From: a virus
IMG/VR virus record: IMGVR_UViG_3300046819_000377
Span: 3,802-67,801 of that record
DNA length: 64,000 nucleotides
Strand: one strand, 5' to 3'
Positions 17,389-26,141 of the stretch are shown one piece after another. The notes under the pieces are model-generated. The model saw nothing but the letters and a program-made list of their open reading frames with translations, was not told where the DNA came from and made no database searches. The translations under genes were made by a program, and so were the position numbers. How positions within the stretch are numbered: the stretch's first letter is position 1; each line of letters starts with the position of its first letter.

Positions 17389-17417
17389 AAGTGGCGGGAT
17401 AAACCCGCCACTTTTCA
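17389..17417 (+). terminator. rho-independent terminator
   Basis: AAGTGGCGGG-ataaa-CCCGCCACTT + TTTT. Confidence 0.75.
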
Positions 17418-17429
17418 TTGGGGAATATT

Positions 17430-18029
17430 ATGAAACAATTATTAACATTAAGCTTGCTTTTAGCATCATTTGCTGCTAATGCCGGATTGAATTCAGATTC
17501 AGCAGCTAATGCTGGTTTTAGTCAATTAACCGAAGCACAGAAAGCCGAGGTAATTAAAACCATTGCACAACAAGCTGAATCAAATAAAAATTCTAGTATA
17601 TCAGGTATTGCTACTGGTATTCCAGATCCAGAAGGTATCGAACGTTGGACCAAGATTGGTACTAGCATTGCATCTGGATTAGGTGCAGCCGCTAAAGAAC
17701 TTAATGTAGGTGTCAATGAGTTTGCCAAATCACCAGTTGGACAATTGACTACATTGTTGATTATCTGGAAAATCATGGGTACTCAATTAATGCATATAAT
17801 TGGCGCAATTTTTGTATGGATTATCGGATTTTTAACCATTAAATTAGCGGCTGATAGACTAGAACCAGAAATTATCGAACATAGCAATACTGATAAGAAC
17901 ATTTTTGGTAATTTTATTATTGTTAACCGCACAAGAAGAAGTTTAGATGATGAGTCAACTTTTGGATTATTAGTGGGAATTGCTGTTGTAATCATAGCTG
18001 GTATTGTTGTATTGTTTAGCGGAAGCTAG
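17430..18029 (+). CDS. secreted/membrane protein (signal peptide + 2 TM)
   Basis: MKQLLTLSLLLASFAANA signal. Hydrophobic segments LTTLLIIWKIMG and LLVGIAVVIIAGIVVLF. Confidence 0.55.
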   Translation: MKQLLTLSLLLASFAANAGLNSDSAANAGFSQLTEAQKAEVIKTIAQQAESNKNSSISGIATGIPDPEGIERWTKIGTSIASGLGAAAKELNVGVNEFAKSPVGQLTTLLIIWKIMGTQLMHIIGAIFVWIIGFLTIKLAADRLEPEIIEHSNTDKNIFGNFIIVNRTRRSLDDESTFGLLVGIAVVIIAGIVVLFSGS

Positions 18030-18031
18030 AA

Positions 18032-18059
18032 CTGACAATCATGCAAACTATGATATGAT
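18032..18059 (+). promoter_or_regulatory. candidate promoter CTGACA-N16-TATGAT
   Basis: Upstream of 18088. SD agagga. Confidence 0.35.
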
Positions 18060-18087
18060 ACATTTTTAACATTTAGAGGATTTATTT

Positions 18088-18558
18088 ATGAAATTAGTTT
18101 TAGTATTAGCGATGGCTATTACATTGATTGCTTGCTCAGATTCTGAACAAGACCGTTTGCGTAAACAGCAACAACAATTAGCACAGCAACAGCAATCATT
18201 GAATATGCAACAGCAACAATTAGCACAACAACAAATGGCTCAACAGCAGTATCAACAACCTGCATATGACCATCAATATCAACAACCACAATACCAACAA
18301 CCTATTGTTGTTCAACAACCTGCACAAGCACCAGTAGTCGTACAACAGCCATCAAATGGTGGTTCTCATGTAACTGATATGTTAGTCGGTGGTTTGGTTG
18401 GACATGCGATTGGTAATGCAATGAGTAATAGCAACAATAATCGTCCATCACCTGGGTATTATGATAATCGTCCACGTAATGTAACCAACGTGACTAAAAA
18501 CATTACTATTAATCGATCAGCCACATCAAGACCAAGTTCAGCAAGGTTACGAAAATGA
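18088..18558 (+). CDS. lipoprotein with Gln-rich low-complexity region and glycine-zipper segment
   Basis: Lipobox LIAC|S. (Q)n repeats. GGLVGHAIGNAMSN glycine zipper. Confidence 0.6.
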   Translation: MKLVLVLAMAITLIACSDSEQDRLRKQQQQLAQQQQSLNMQQQQLAQQQMAQQQYQQPAYDHQYQQPQYQQPIVVQQPAQAPVVVQQPSNGGSHVTDMLVGGLVGHAIGNAMSNSNNNRPSPGYYDNRPRNVTNVTKNITINRSATSRPSSARLRK

Positions 18559-18719
18559 TTTGGTTTGTAATCGGTAGGATTGTTATATTTGCGGCAATTG
18601 GGGTAGTACTGGCACAGTTAGGTGTAAATTTTGGTGGAACACTACTAGTACTCCTACTATTTGCAATTGCATGTGTCATTAGTTATTTAGAAGGAGTGGA
18701 AAGTGCAAAACGAAACTGA
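18555..18719 (+). CDS. small membrane protein (54 aa, 2 TM)
   Basis: ATGA overlap. MIWFVIGRIVIFAAIGVVLAQ... Not in the ORF track. Confidence 0.35.
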   Translation: MIWFVIGRIVIFAAIGVVLAQLGVNFGGTLLVLLLFAIACVISYLEGVESAKRN

Positions 18720-18873
18720 AACAGTTACATTAAACTTACCTGATGAAATGTTATTCAAGTTGATGGTAATGGCACATGAAGAAGATGTTACATTTAATCA
18801 ATTTGTCAATAATATTATTAAAGAAGAATTAGCAAAAGATGAACCATTTGCATTTCTTAATAAATCTTCTTGA
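18703..18873 (+). CDS. small protein (56 aa), possible ribbon-helix-helix-like, GTG start
   Basis: SD AAGGAG 7 nt before GTG 18703. ..TVTLNLPDEMLFKLMVMAHEEDVTFNQFVNNIIKEEL. Confidence 0.3.
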   Translation: MQNETETVTLNLPDEMLFKLMVMAHEEDVTFNQFVNNIIKEELAKDEPFAFLNKSS

Positions 18874-18897
18874 CAACCAATACAACCCTGATATAAT
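18870..18897 (+). promoter_or_regulatory. sigma70-like promoter TTGACA-N16-TATAAT + ACACACAATAGAGAG leader
   Basis: TTGACA 18870-18875, TATAAT 18892-18897. Confidence 0.6.
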
Positions 18898-18930
18898 ACA
18901 ATTTTTAAACACACAATAGAGAGTACTGAA

Positions 18931-19224
18931 ATGAGACCAAGCGTTAAATTTAATAAAAAAGGCCAAGCATTAGTTAAAGTCGCTTACAAACATGGTGAAG
19001 TAACTTGGGCATTAACTGGTATTAGCAATACCGGCAAGTTTGACTGGATCTTGTTTGAAAAACCTGATAACTATAATCCAGATCGCGTAACCAATGATCA
19101 CAAATACATTTTGTCTGGTAAAAAATTACGGGCACAATTGATTTCAACTGCCGCTGCGAGTCATAGCTTCATTGCATTAGATGCATTAAAAAAAGCATTA
19201 AAAACACAACGTGCCGGAGTCTAA
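18931..19224 (+). CDS. hypothetical protein (97 aa)
   Basis: ORF track. Confidence 0.55.
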   Translation: MRPSVKFNKKGQALVKVAYKHGEVTWALTGISNTGKFDWILFEKPDNYNPDRVTNDHKYILSGKKLRAQLISTAAASHSFIALDALKKALKTQRAGV

Positions 19225-19228
19225 TACC

Positions 19229-19690
19229 ATGGAATTAGCATTATTGATTTACGGTGTCAGTTTATTACCGCAGCTTTCTGCTTCACTTGGATGGCTTCTT
19301 TTTGTATTAGTTATACCTATGATTATCTCTGGTATAACATGGCTAGTTAACACTGATGATAGATACCTATCCGAGTCTGAAAAAGAACGTGCAAAAACTA
19401 CTGTGGATTCAGCACGAACATGGTTTAAACGATCTGTTATATGGTTTTTCATTGCGGGGGCTATGAACACTTTACTACCATCAGAAAAGACTGCATATAT
19501 GATGGTTGGCGGATATGTATCGCAAACAATTGTTCAAAGCGATGCAATGGGTAGAGTTGTCAGTGAATCTAGTAAAATTTCTGGTAAAATCTTGGACATT
19601 ATCAACAATAAACTCGATGGCTATGTTGAAGAAACCGTGAAAGGTGCTGAAAAAGCAATTACTAATGACAACACTGCCACCAAGCCATAA
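19229..19690 (+). CDS. membrane protein (about 153 aa)
   Basis: ATG 19229 (ORF-track start was GTG). Three hydrophobic segments. Confidence 0.5.
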   Translation: MELALLIYGVSLLPQLSASLGWLLFVLVIPMIISGITWLVNTDDRYLSESEKERAKTTVDSARTWFKRSVIWFFIAGAMNTLLPSEKTAYMMVGGYVSQTIVQSDAMGRVVSESSKISGKILDIINNKLDGYVEETVKGAEKAITNDNTATKP

Positions 19691-19700
19691 TTATTAATCA

Positions 19701-19736
19701 CATCATCCACTATAATAGTGGATGATGACTTTTTTA
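19701..19736 (+). terminator. rho-independent terminator
   Basis: CATCATCCACTA-taat-TAGTGGATGATG + TTTTTT. Confidence 0.75.
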
Positions 19737-19746
19737 AGGTATCACA

Positions 19747-19998
19747 ATGCTAACATTGTTATTTTTATTTTATGTGGTTCCTCTAACTATTTGTATAACA
19801 TGCATATTAGTAGCAACCAGAAATGAATCATTTGCAAAAGCTATAGACATGAAAGATAATAGCGATTTATCATTTGGATTGGGTACGGCTATTGCACCTT
19901 TTATTAATATTGCTTTTTCCGGAGTTCTTCTGAAAATCTTAATTGAACCGATTCTTAAGAAATCTGGTTTTTACAAACACCGTTATTATAAGGATTAA
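19747..19998 (+). CDS. small membrane protein (83 aa)
   Basis: Two TM helices. Confidence 0.5.
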   Translation: MLTLLFLFYVVPLTICITCILVATRNESFAKAIDMKDNSDLSFGLGTAIAPFINIAFSGVLLKILIEPILKKSGFYKHRYYKD

Positions 19999-20001
19999 CC
20001 A

Positions 20002-20217
20002 ATGGGTTTTTCAGAAATTGTATCACTAGGTTTTTACGCAATTCCTATAATTATTAATTTTACATTTTTTTATTTTATAAGTCGTAATGAACGATTAACA
20101 CGAAGGATGGGTGATAATATGGATTGTTCTATGTTCTTTTCATGTATACCAGTGGCGAACATTTGTGTTAGTATACCGTTAATATTTAATTATTTAAATT
20201 ACAGGTTATCTCGATAG
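20002..20217 (+). CDS. small membrane protein (71 aa)
   Basis: Two TM helices. Confidence 0.5.
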   Translation: MGFSEIVSLGFYAIPIIINFTFFYFISRNERLTRRMGDNMDCSMFFSCIPVANICVSIPLIFNYLNYRLSR

Positions 20218-20429
20218 TGAGTTACTCAGTAAACTTACGATTTAAAACGTATCGGCATTGGAATACTTTCAAAGAATGGTGTGAATCTACCTATCATCAA
20301 CATACGAATTATGCTATTTATCTTCAACATATGCATGAAGATTTGATTGAATCGGTTAATATTAATAATTCACCAGAAATAACATTTAAATCAGAAGCAC
20401 ACTACCATTGGTTTTTATTACAACAATAG
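20217..20429 (+). CDS. W-family subfamily A (ends FKSEAHYHWFLLQQ*)
   Basis: Dispersed seventh copy of the 4197-5535 array type. Confidence 0.6.
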   Translation: MSYSVNLRFKTYRHWNTFKEWCESTYHQHTNYAIYLQHMHEDLIESVNINNSPEITFKSEAHYHWFLLQQ

Positions 20430-20438
20430 CGATATAAT

Positions 20439-20798
20439 ATGAAAAAAGAAATTCTAGCTAAAAGCATTGAAGTATATGATCTAATTGAATCTGGTAATAC
20501 CATAGAACATGTTATTTCAAAATTATCTGATTTACAAAATGACTATTATATGTTCACTCGTCTAGCGTTTGAAAAAGAATATCCTGGATATGATGGTGGT
20601 TATTGTCTCAGTTTAAATTGTTATCGCATGGAAACAGATCAAGAAGAACAAGAACGTGAAGAAAGAGAACGTGCAATTATTGAAAAGTCCGAACGAAAAA
20701 AACTTGCACTATTAGAAAAAAAGTTTGCTAAAAAAGCTGCTGAAGATGCATATGACCGAGCTGAACTTACGCGTTTAAAAGCAAAATACGGCGATTAA
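20439..20798 (+). CDS. hypothetical protein with charged coiled-coil C-terminus
   Basis: QEEQEREERERAIIEKSERKKLALLEKK. Confidence 0.5.
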   Translation: MKKEILAKSIEVYDLIESGNTIEHVISKLSDLQNDYYMFTRLAFEKEYPGYDGGYCLSLNCYRMETDQEEQEREERERAIIEKSERKKLALLEKKFAKKAAEDAYDRAELTRLKAKYGD

Positions 20799-20822
20799 CA
20801 ATAACTAAAAAAGGTGAATAAA

Positions 20823-21095
20823 ATGTTTATGAGAATAGTAAAATTTAATGATGGTACTTTTGGTATTCGTAAATTGACTTTTTGTGGGTTTGCATTTTAT
20901 GATTTTACTATGGGGAATCATGAGTATTGGTGGACTGCTGGATTGCCCGGATCGAAATACTTATATGATGGATCATGTAGAACCACTGAAGAAGATGCTA
21001 AACAAGTTTTTTGCAGATTGTCTAATCCTAAACCTAAACCTTATCCTAATGTGAAAGATAATGGTACAGCAATCAATTATACTTGTCAGGATTAA
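20823..21095 (+). CDS. hypothetical protein (90 aa)
   Basis: SD AAGGTGA before ATG 20823. Confidence 0.5.
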   Translation: MFMRIVKFNDGTFGIRKLTFCGFAFYDFTMGNHEYWWTAGLPGSKYLYDGSCRTTEEDAKQVFCRLSNPKPKPYPNVKDNGTAINYTCQD

Positions 21096-21098
21096 CAA

Positions 21099-21419
21099 AT
21101 GAAACAATTGTATATAAAGCTTTTAATGTTACTACCGATGAAATGGCAGAAAACATTGTATAGAATTGAATACGCTATTAAAGATTACGAACGTGCAAAT
21201 TATGTAATATATCGTAAAGATGATGAATATCTGTACAGTAAAGGTAATGGATTTGTTAAACCTGTAATAACCAACTACACTTCATTTGAAGTATACGATA
21301 GCCTTGAACAAGTCGATGTTGATCAAGCAATGTTAAAACAACAAGGGTATGAAACTGGTGTTTATGCGATAAATTGTTGTAAAACCAATCAAGCTCACTT
21401 TATGATGTTTTTAGGTTGA
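21099..21419 (+). CDS. hypothetical protein (106 aa)
   Basis: ORF track. Confidence 0.5.
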   Translation: MKQLYIKLLMLLPMKWQKTLYRIEYAIKDYERANYVIYRKDDEYLYSKGNGFVKPVITNYTSFEVYDSLEQVDVDQAMLKQQGYETGVYAINCCKTNQAHFMMFLG

Positions 21420-21449
21420 CAAATAACAGTAATCTAAAAAGAAAGAGTT

Positions 21450-21836
21450 ATGCAAGTAATTAATATTTTTGATGGAAGTGTTAAATGGTATAATAAGTAT
21501 GGCAACCTTCATCGGGAAGACGGACCTGCTATTGAATTCCTAAATGGTACACGATCCTGGTGGCGTAATGGGCTTCGTCACAGAGACGATGGACCAGCTG
21601 TTGAATGGGCAAATGGATATAAAGCATGGTATTCAAATGGTAATCTTCATAGAGTAGGTGGTCCTGCATGTGAATATCCAAATGGTGATTATGACTGGTA
21701 CTGTTCTGGTAAATGTCACCGGCTAGATGGTCCGGCGAGAGTATGGGCAGATGGAACACGTTGGTATTATATTGATGGTATAAAACTAACCAAACATCAA
21801 TGGTTACAAAAGAAAGGATTTATAATTGTTAAGTAG
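21450..21836 (+). CDS. MORN-variant repeat protein (divergent)
   Basis: NLHREDGPAIEF, LRHRDDGPAVEW, CHRLDGPARVW repeats. Confidence 0.6.
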   Translation: MQVINIFDGSVKWYNKYGNLHREDGPAIEFLNGTRSWWRNGLRHRDDGPAVEWANGYKAWYSNGNLHRVGGPACEYPNGDYDWYCSGKCHRLDGPARVWADGTRWYYIDGIKLTKHQWLQKKGFIIVK

Positions 21837-21842
21837 ATTATG

Positions 21843-21870
21843 TTGACAAGTAACCATAAACTGTTATAAT
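21843..21870 (+). promoter_or_regulatory. sigma70-like promoter TTGACA-N16-TATAAT + conserved leader
   Basis: TTGACA 21843-21848, TATAAT 21865-21870, leader GCACATAACTTAACACAACATAGCGAGACACAACATG. Confidence 0.6.
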
Positions 21871-21904
21871 GCACATAACTTAACACAACATAGCGAGACA
21901 CAAC

Positions 21905-22345
21905 ATGATTGAATACACAGTACGAGTTTATGAAAATAAAACCGAATGGCGTTTAAATGGACAATTACACCGAGAAGATGGTCCTGCTATTGAACGGGAA
22001 GATGGATCTAAATTATGGTATCAACATGACAAATTACATCGAGAAGATGGTCCAGCTATTGAATGGTCAAATGGTTCTAAATTATGGTATCAACATGACA
22101 AATTACATCGAGAAGATGGTCCAGCTATTGAATGGTCAAATGGTGAAAAACAATGGTATTTAAATGGCAACGTACATCGAGAAGATGGCCCAGCTGTTGA
22201 ATATACCAGTGGCAATAAAGAATGGTGGTTAAATGGTAAAAAATTTACAGAACAAGAATTCAATCAACGAACCCAGGGTAAAGAGCTATCAGTAGCTGAA
22301 ATTGAACAATTACTTGGTTATAAAGTTAAAATTGTTGACAGATAA
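21905..22345 (+). CDS. MORN-variant repeat protein
   Basis: Five WY(L/Q)(N/H)..HREDGPAIEW repeats. C-terminal LSVAEIEQLLGYKVKIVDR. Confidence 0.7.
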   Translation: MIEYTVRVYENKTEWRLNGQLHREDGPAIEREDGSKLWYQHDKLHREDGPAIEWSNGSKLWYQHDKLHREDGPAIEWSNGEKQWYLNGNVHREDGPAVEYTSGNKEWWLNGKKFTEQEFNQRTQGKELSVAEIEQLLGYKVKIVDR

Positions 22346-22362
22346 TAGTAATCTGTTATAAT
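22335..22362 (+). promoter_or_regulatory. sigma70-like promoter TTGACA-N16-TATAAT + conserved leader
   Basis: TTGACA 22335-22340, TATAAT 22357-22362. Confidence 0.6.
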
Positions 22363-22396
22363 GCACATAACTTAACACAACATAGCGAGACATAAC

Positions 22397-22912
22397 ATGA
22401 TTAAATATAGAATACGGGATTATCCTAAATGGTATTTAAATGACAACGTACATCGAGAAGATGGCCCAGCTATTGAATGTGCAGAGGGCTATAAAGAATG
22501 GTGGTTAAATGGCAAGGCATACACAGAACAAGAATTCATCCAAATGACCCAAGGAAAAGAGCTATCAATAGCTGAAATTGAAGAATTACTTGGTTATAAA
22601 ATTAAGGTGGTAAAAATGATCGAATACACAGTACAAGTTTACGAAGATAGAACTGCATGGTTTTTAAATGGCAAATTACATCGAGAAGATGGACCAGCTA
22701 TTGAATGGATGGGTGGCAATAAAGAATGGTGGGTAGATGGCAAATTACATCGAGAAGATGGCCCAGCTATTGAATGGATGGGTGGCAATAAACAATGGGT
22801 TTTAAATGGCAAATTACATCGAGAAGATGGACCAGCTATTGAATATGCAAATGGTTACAAAGAATGGTGGGTGAATGATAAACGTCATAGAACAGATGGC
22901 CCAGAGATCTAG
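22397..22912 (+). CDS. MORN-variant repeat protein: in-frame fusion of two MORN genes, 3' end disrupted by frameshift
   Basis: ..LLGYKIKVVK-MIEYTVQV.. fusion at 22606-22612, where a 1-nt difference from the 6318-6324 ATGA junction removes the stop. A 17-nt deletion near 22905, relative to the 6545 copy, truncates the C-terminus. Confidence 0.5.
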   Translation: MIKYRIRDYPKWYLNDNVHREDGPAIECAEGYKEWWLNGKAYTEQEFIQMTQGKELSIAEIEELLGYKIKVVKMIEYTVQVYEDRTAWFLNGKLHREDGPAIEWMGGNKEWWVDGKLHREDGPAIEWMGGNKQWVLNGKLHREDGPAIEYANGYKEWWVNDKRHRTDGPEI

Positions 22913-23039
22913 AGAGTGGTATTTAAATGGTCAAGAATATTCAGAACAAGATTTTAACAAACTGATTAATTGCACAGAATTATCAATAGCTGAAATCGAA
23001 CAATTACTTGGTTATAAAGTTAAAATTGTTGACAAATAA
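22906..23039 (+). repeat. orphan 3' fragment of MORN gene (near-identical copy of 6559-6692)
   Basis: Out-of-frame continuation encodes RSREWYLNGQEYSEQDFNKLINCTELSIAEIEQLLGYKVKIVDK*. Confidence 0.6.
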
Positions 23040-23056
23040 CAGATTACTGTTATAAT
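23029..23056 (+). promoter_or_regulatory. sigma70-like promoter TTGACA-N16-TATAAT
   Basis: Upstream of natV. SD TAGGAG. Confidence 0.55.
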
Positions 23057-23108
23057 AAATAAACATTAGCGATAGACGCTAATAACAATTAACTATAGGA
23101 GTTATAGT

Positions 23109-24122
23109 ATGAAAAAATATGATAATGCAGTAGTAATCATGAGAGCGCAACCACTTCACAACGCTCATTTAGAATTAATCAATAGAGCAGCAGAATTGGC
23201 AAAAAATGTCATTATCTTGCTCGGCTCATCCAAACAACCAAGAACATTTAAGAATCCATTTACATTCAGTGAACGTTGTGGGATGATCTTACGTTCAATT
23301 AACATCAAACCAGCCGTTCAGGTTTATATCGAACCATTAGTGGATATTCCTTATAATGATCAGGTTTGGGCGATCAATGTCCAACGCATTGTTGCTGAAT
23401 GTACACATGGTCAAAGTGTTTGTTTGCTTGGACATAATAAAGGTCCAGAAACCTACTACCTAAAACTATTTCCACAATGGGCTTTGGAAGAATTCGATAA
23501 TGTACAAAACCAATTGAATGCCACTGATATTCGTGAGTTGTATTTTAAAACTCCATATAACCAAGATTATATCAAAGGTGTGGTACCTGATGATACTTTA
23601 TCATTCTTAAATCAATTTCATGGAACCGATGAATACAATGCCATCCTAGATGAGAAAGAATTCATCGCCAAGTATAAACAACAATTTGCTGGTTTAGCAT
23701 ATCCTCCAGTATTTGTTACTGTGGATTGCTGTGTGATTCAATCTGGTCATGTATTAATGATTGAAAGACGATCAAATCCTGGAAAGGGTACTTTTGCCAT
23801 GCCCGGCGGCTTTCTAGATCAAAATGAACTAATCATCGATGGTGCTGTTCGTGAATTAAAAGAAGAAACTAAAATCAAAGTGCCAGTGCCAGTGTTAAAA
23901 GGCAGCATTAAAGCAAGTCATGTATTTGATCACCCAGGTAGATCATTTAGAGGTAGAACTATTACCCATGCTTTTTACATCGAATTACCAGAAGGGCCAC
24001 TTGAAAAAGTTAAAGGTGCCGATGATGCAAAAACCGCAACATGGATTCCAATATCACAATTACAAAGTGAAAATTGCTTTGAAGATCATTATTCAATTAT
24101 TCAACATTTTTTAGGAAACTAA
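23109..24122 (+). CDS. natV: bifunctional NMN adenylyltransferase / Nudix ADP-ribose pyrophosphatase (NadM-Nudix, NatV-like)
   Basis: N-terminal nucleotidyltransferase (VIMRAQPLHNAH). C-terminal Nudix box GGFLDQNELIIDGAVRELKEETKI. Confidence 0.8.
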   Translation: MKKYDNAVVIMRAQPLHNAHLELINRAAELAKNVIILLGSSKQPRTFKNPFTFSERCGMILRSINIKPAVQVYIEPLVDIPYNDQVWAINVQRIVAECTHGQSVCLLGHNKGPETYYLKLFPQWALEEFDNVQNQLNATDIRELYFKTPYNQDYIKGVVPDDTLSFLNQFHGTDEYNAILDEKEFIAKYKQQFAGLAYPPVFVTVDCCVIQSGHVLMIERRSNPGKGTFAMPGGFLDQNELIIDGAVRELKEETKIKVPVPVLKGSIKASHVFDHPGRSFRGRTITHAFYIELPEGPLEKVKGADDAKTATWIPISQLQSENCFEDHYSIIQHFLGN

Positions 24123-24124
24123 TA

Positions 24125-24316
24125 ATGGTTAGGGTAATATCAACACAACCACATCCTAGTGTGGTTAAAGAAACAATTTGCAAACATTGCGGGGCAGTGT
24201 TAGAATACGTGCCAGCAGACATTCAAACAAGACAAGAACAGGATTATACTGGTGGAACAGATTTTATTCATTTTATCATTTGTCCTCCTTGTGGACATAA
24301 AATTACAGTTAAGTGA
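24125..24316 (+). CDS. small zinc-ribbon protein (CxxC...CxxC)
   Basis: CKHCGAV...CPPCGHK. Confidence 0.5.
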   Translation: MVRVISTQPHPSVVKETICKHCGAVLEYVPADIQTRQEQDYTGGTDFIHFIICPPCGHKITVK

Positions 24317-24317
24317 A

Positions 24318-24506
24318 ATGAATTGGACTAGAATCTTTGCTAGAGCATTTGACCATTTAATGGGTGAGACCGATCACGATGAACCAACGGTTCCAATCTT
24401 ATCACAACGTGAAGCTAGTATTAGTCTAGTATTAAGGACTTTCTGGGTTATGCTACACGTTATAACTTGTCTTATTGTAATAGCATCTAACATACATCAT
24501 TGGTAA
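24318..24506 (+). CDS. small protein with C-terminal TM (62 aa)
   Basis: Internal ATG of ORF 24252..24506, just after the upstream TGA. Confidence 0.3.
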   Translation: MNWTRIFARAFDHLMGETDHDEPTVPILSQREASISLVLRTFWVMLHVITCLIVIASNIHHW

Positions 24507-24510
24507 TAAC

Positions 24511-24690
24511 ATGAATAGAGAAAAAATAAACAAAGAAGTAAATGAATGGGACAACATACGCCCTACTAAACAATCATCAGTGACTGAACATGAAAGTAAT
24601 AAAGATATTACTCATGAAAAAGTACAAAATTTAATTCAAATGGGTAATGAATTATTAGCTAAAACTCTGAAATATTTGAAGGCCGACTAA
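24511..24690 (+). CDS. hypothetical small protein (59 aa)
   Basis: MNREKINKEVNEWDN... TAATG overlap with next gene. Not in the ORF track. Confidence 0.3.
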   Translation: MNREKINKEVNEWDNIRPTKQSSVTEHESNKDITHEKVQNLIQMGNELLAKTLKYLKAD

Positions 24691-24980
24691 TGAAAATTGA
24701 TGAAGTTGTTATTCGGCCAGAACGAAAAACATGGGAGTTAATGCAGAATGATGCACTTGTCTCACCGATATATAATGCATACAATGAATTTTCAAGAAAG
24801 ACTGCTAAATTTACTATTGGTGCAAATACAATATTTGATGAGTATGCACTCACTGACCTTATTGTGAATTATCAAACTTATAAAAATGCACTACTAGAAG
24901 TGTTTAATGAAAAAGATCAAGTAATTAAAATAATTGATAGGATTATTAGTTATTTGGAATATGGTGAACTAGATGAGTGA
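24690..24980 (+). CDS. hypothetical protein (96 aa)
   Basis: ORF track. Confidence 0.5.
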   Translation: MKIDEVVIRPERKTWELMQNDALVSPIYNAYNEFSRKTAKFTIGANTIFDEYALTDLIVNYQTYKNALLEVFNEKDQVIKIIDRIISYLEYGELDE

Positions 24981-25290
24981 ACAACTATCAGTAAATGAAG
25001 CATGGCTTTTTTTAAAAGAAGTCACTAAAAGAGGAACCAATTCTTTATCAAAAGAAGAATTGGTCAAATACCATGAATGTCGTAAAATTACACTTAATGC
25101 AAGAAAACCACCATCGGTTCATACCAGACATCAAGTAGTTGATCATGAAACATTCGGCGGTACAACTTACAGAATTACCAAGGAATTAGATATCACTATT
25201 ACCGATATTTGTGATATGAGTGATGAGGATATCTTAAAACTGATTGACGTAAAATCAACATTGGCTTATATTAGATCTACTTTGATATGA
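24973..25290 (+). CDS. hypothetical protein (105 aa)
   Basis: ORF track. Confidence 0.5.
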   Translation: MSEQLSVNEAWLFLKEVTKRGTNSLSKEELVKYHECRKITLNARKPPSVHTRHQVVDHETFGGTTYRITKELDITITDICDMSDEDILKLIDVKSTLAYIRSTLI

Positions 25291-25499
25291 TCATAGAAAT
25301 TTTCGATGCAGGGATTGCGTTTAAATTTAAATTCGGTGCTGACGTTCTTCGTACTAATGATGAAATACGAAACACAAATCAACAAGAAATGGAGCTATGG
25401 TGTAAAGACCAATTTGGTAGCCAATTTACATCACGGTATAATCATTTTTACTTTGCCAACGAAGAACAACGTAATTGGTTTATTTTGAGGTGGTCATGA
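25287..25499 (+). CDS. W-family small protein (ends EEQRNWFILRWS*)
   Basis: ATGA overlap. C-terminal motif. Confidence 0.6.
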   Translation: MIIEIFDAGIAFKFKFGADVLRTNDEIRNTNQQEMELWCKDQFGSQFTSRYNHFYFANEEQRNWFILRWS

Positions 25500-25696
25500 G
25501 CGTTCTAGATTTAAAAAAAGGTACATTAGCCAGTAACATTACACATCTGTTTTTTAAAGCCGAACCTCAACAATGGTATGATTTTGTTAAAAGTTTAGAT
25601 CCAAATATCATTAAAGTTGAGGGTGTGGATGGCATTACTCGGATTACCTTCAAGAGTGATGAACATAAGACTTGGTTTATTTTGAGGTGGTCATGA
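25496..25696 (+). CDS. W-family small protein (ends DEHKTWFILRWS*)
   Basis: Junction TTGAGGTGGTCATGA. Confidence 0.6.
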   Translation: MSVLDLKKGTLASNITHLFFKAEPQQWYDFVKSLDPNIIKVEGVDGITRITFKSDEHKTWFILRWS

Positions 25697-25896
25697 GTGT
25701 TCTATATTTAAAAGGAGATACAGTAAACAAAAACATTACACGACTGTTTTGTAAAGCCGGTCCTCAACAACTATGGTATGATTTTGTTAAAAGTTTAGAT
25801 CCAAATATCATTAAAGTTGAGTGCGTGAAAGGCTTCACTCGGATTACCTTCAAGAGTGATGAACATAAGACTTGGTTTATTTTGAGGTGGTCATGA
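25693..25896 (+). CDS. W-family small protein, near-duplicate of 25496..25696
   Basis: About 85% aa identity with the previous gene. Same junction. Confidence 0.6.
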   Translation: MSVLYLKGDTVNKNITRLFCKAGPQQLWYDFVKSLDPNIIKVECVKGFTRITFKSDEHKTWFILRWS

Positions 25897-26141
25897 AATT
25901 ATATTTAGAATACGATCAATTTTTAGAAAGTCAACCAAGCTGGTGGCAGAATTTCATCATTGATGTTGATACTCGGTTAAGATTAGATCCAGGCAAATTT
26001 TCAGAAGGTCGTTCTATCATCATAAAAAAAGAACTAAAATTAGCAGGTGCTGTTAAGGTGGATGATAAAGAATGCGAAGAATCATATTTAGAATTTTTTG
26101 ATGATTCAAAAGCAACCTGGTTTATGTTGAAATACTCATGA
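25893..26141 (+). CDS. W-family small protein (ends KATWFMLKYS*)
   Basis: Same junction. Confidence 0.55.
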   Translation: MKLYLEYDQFLESQPSWWQNFIIDVDTRLRLDPGKFSEGRSIIIKKELKLAGAVKVDDKECEESYLEFFDDSKATWFMLKYS

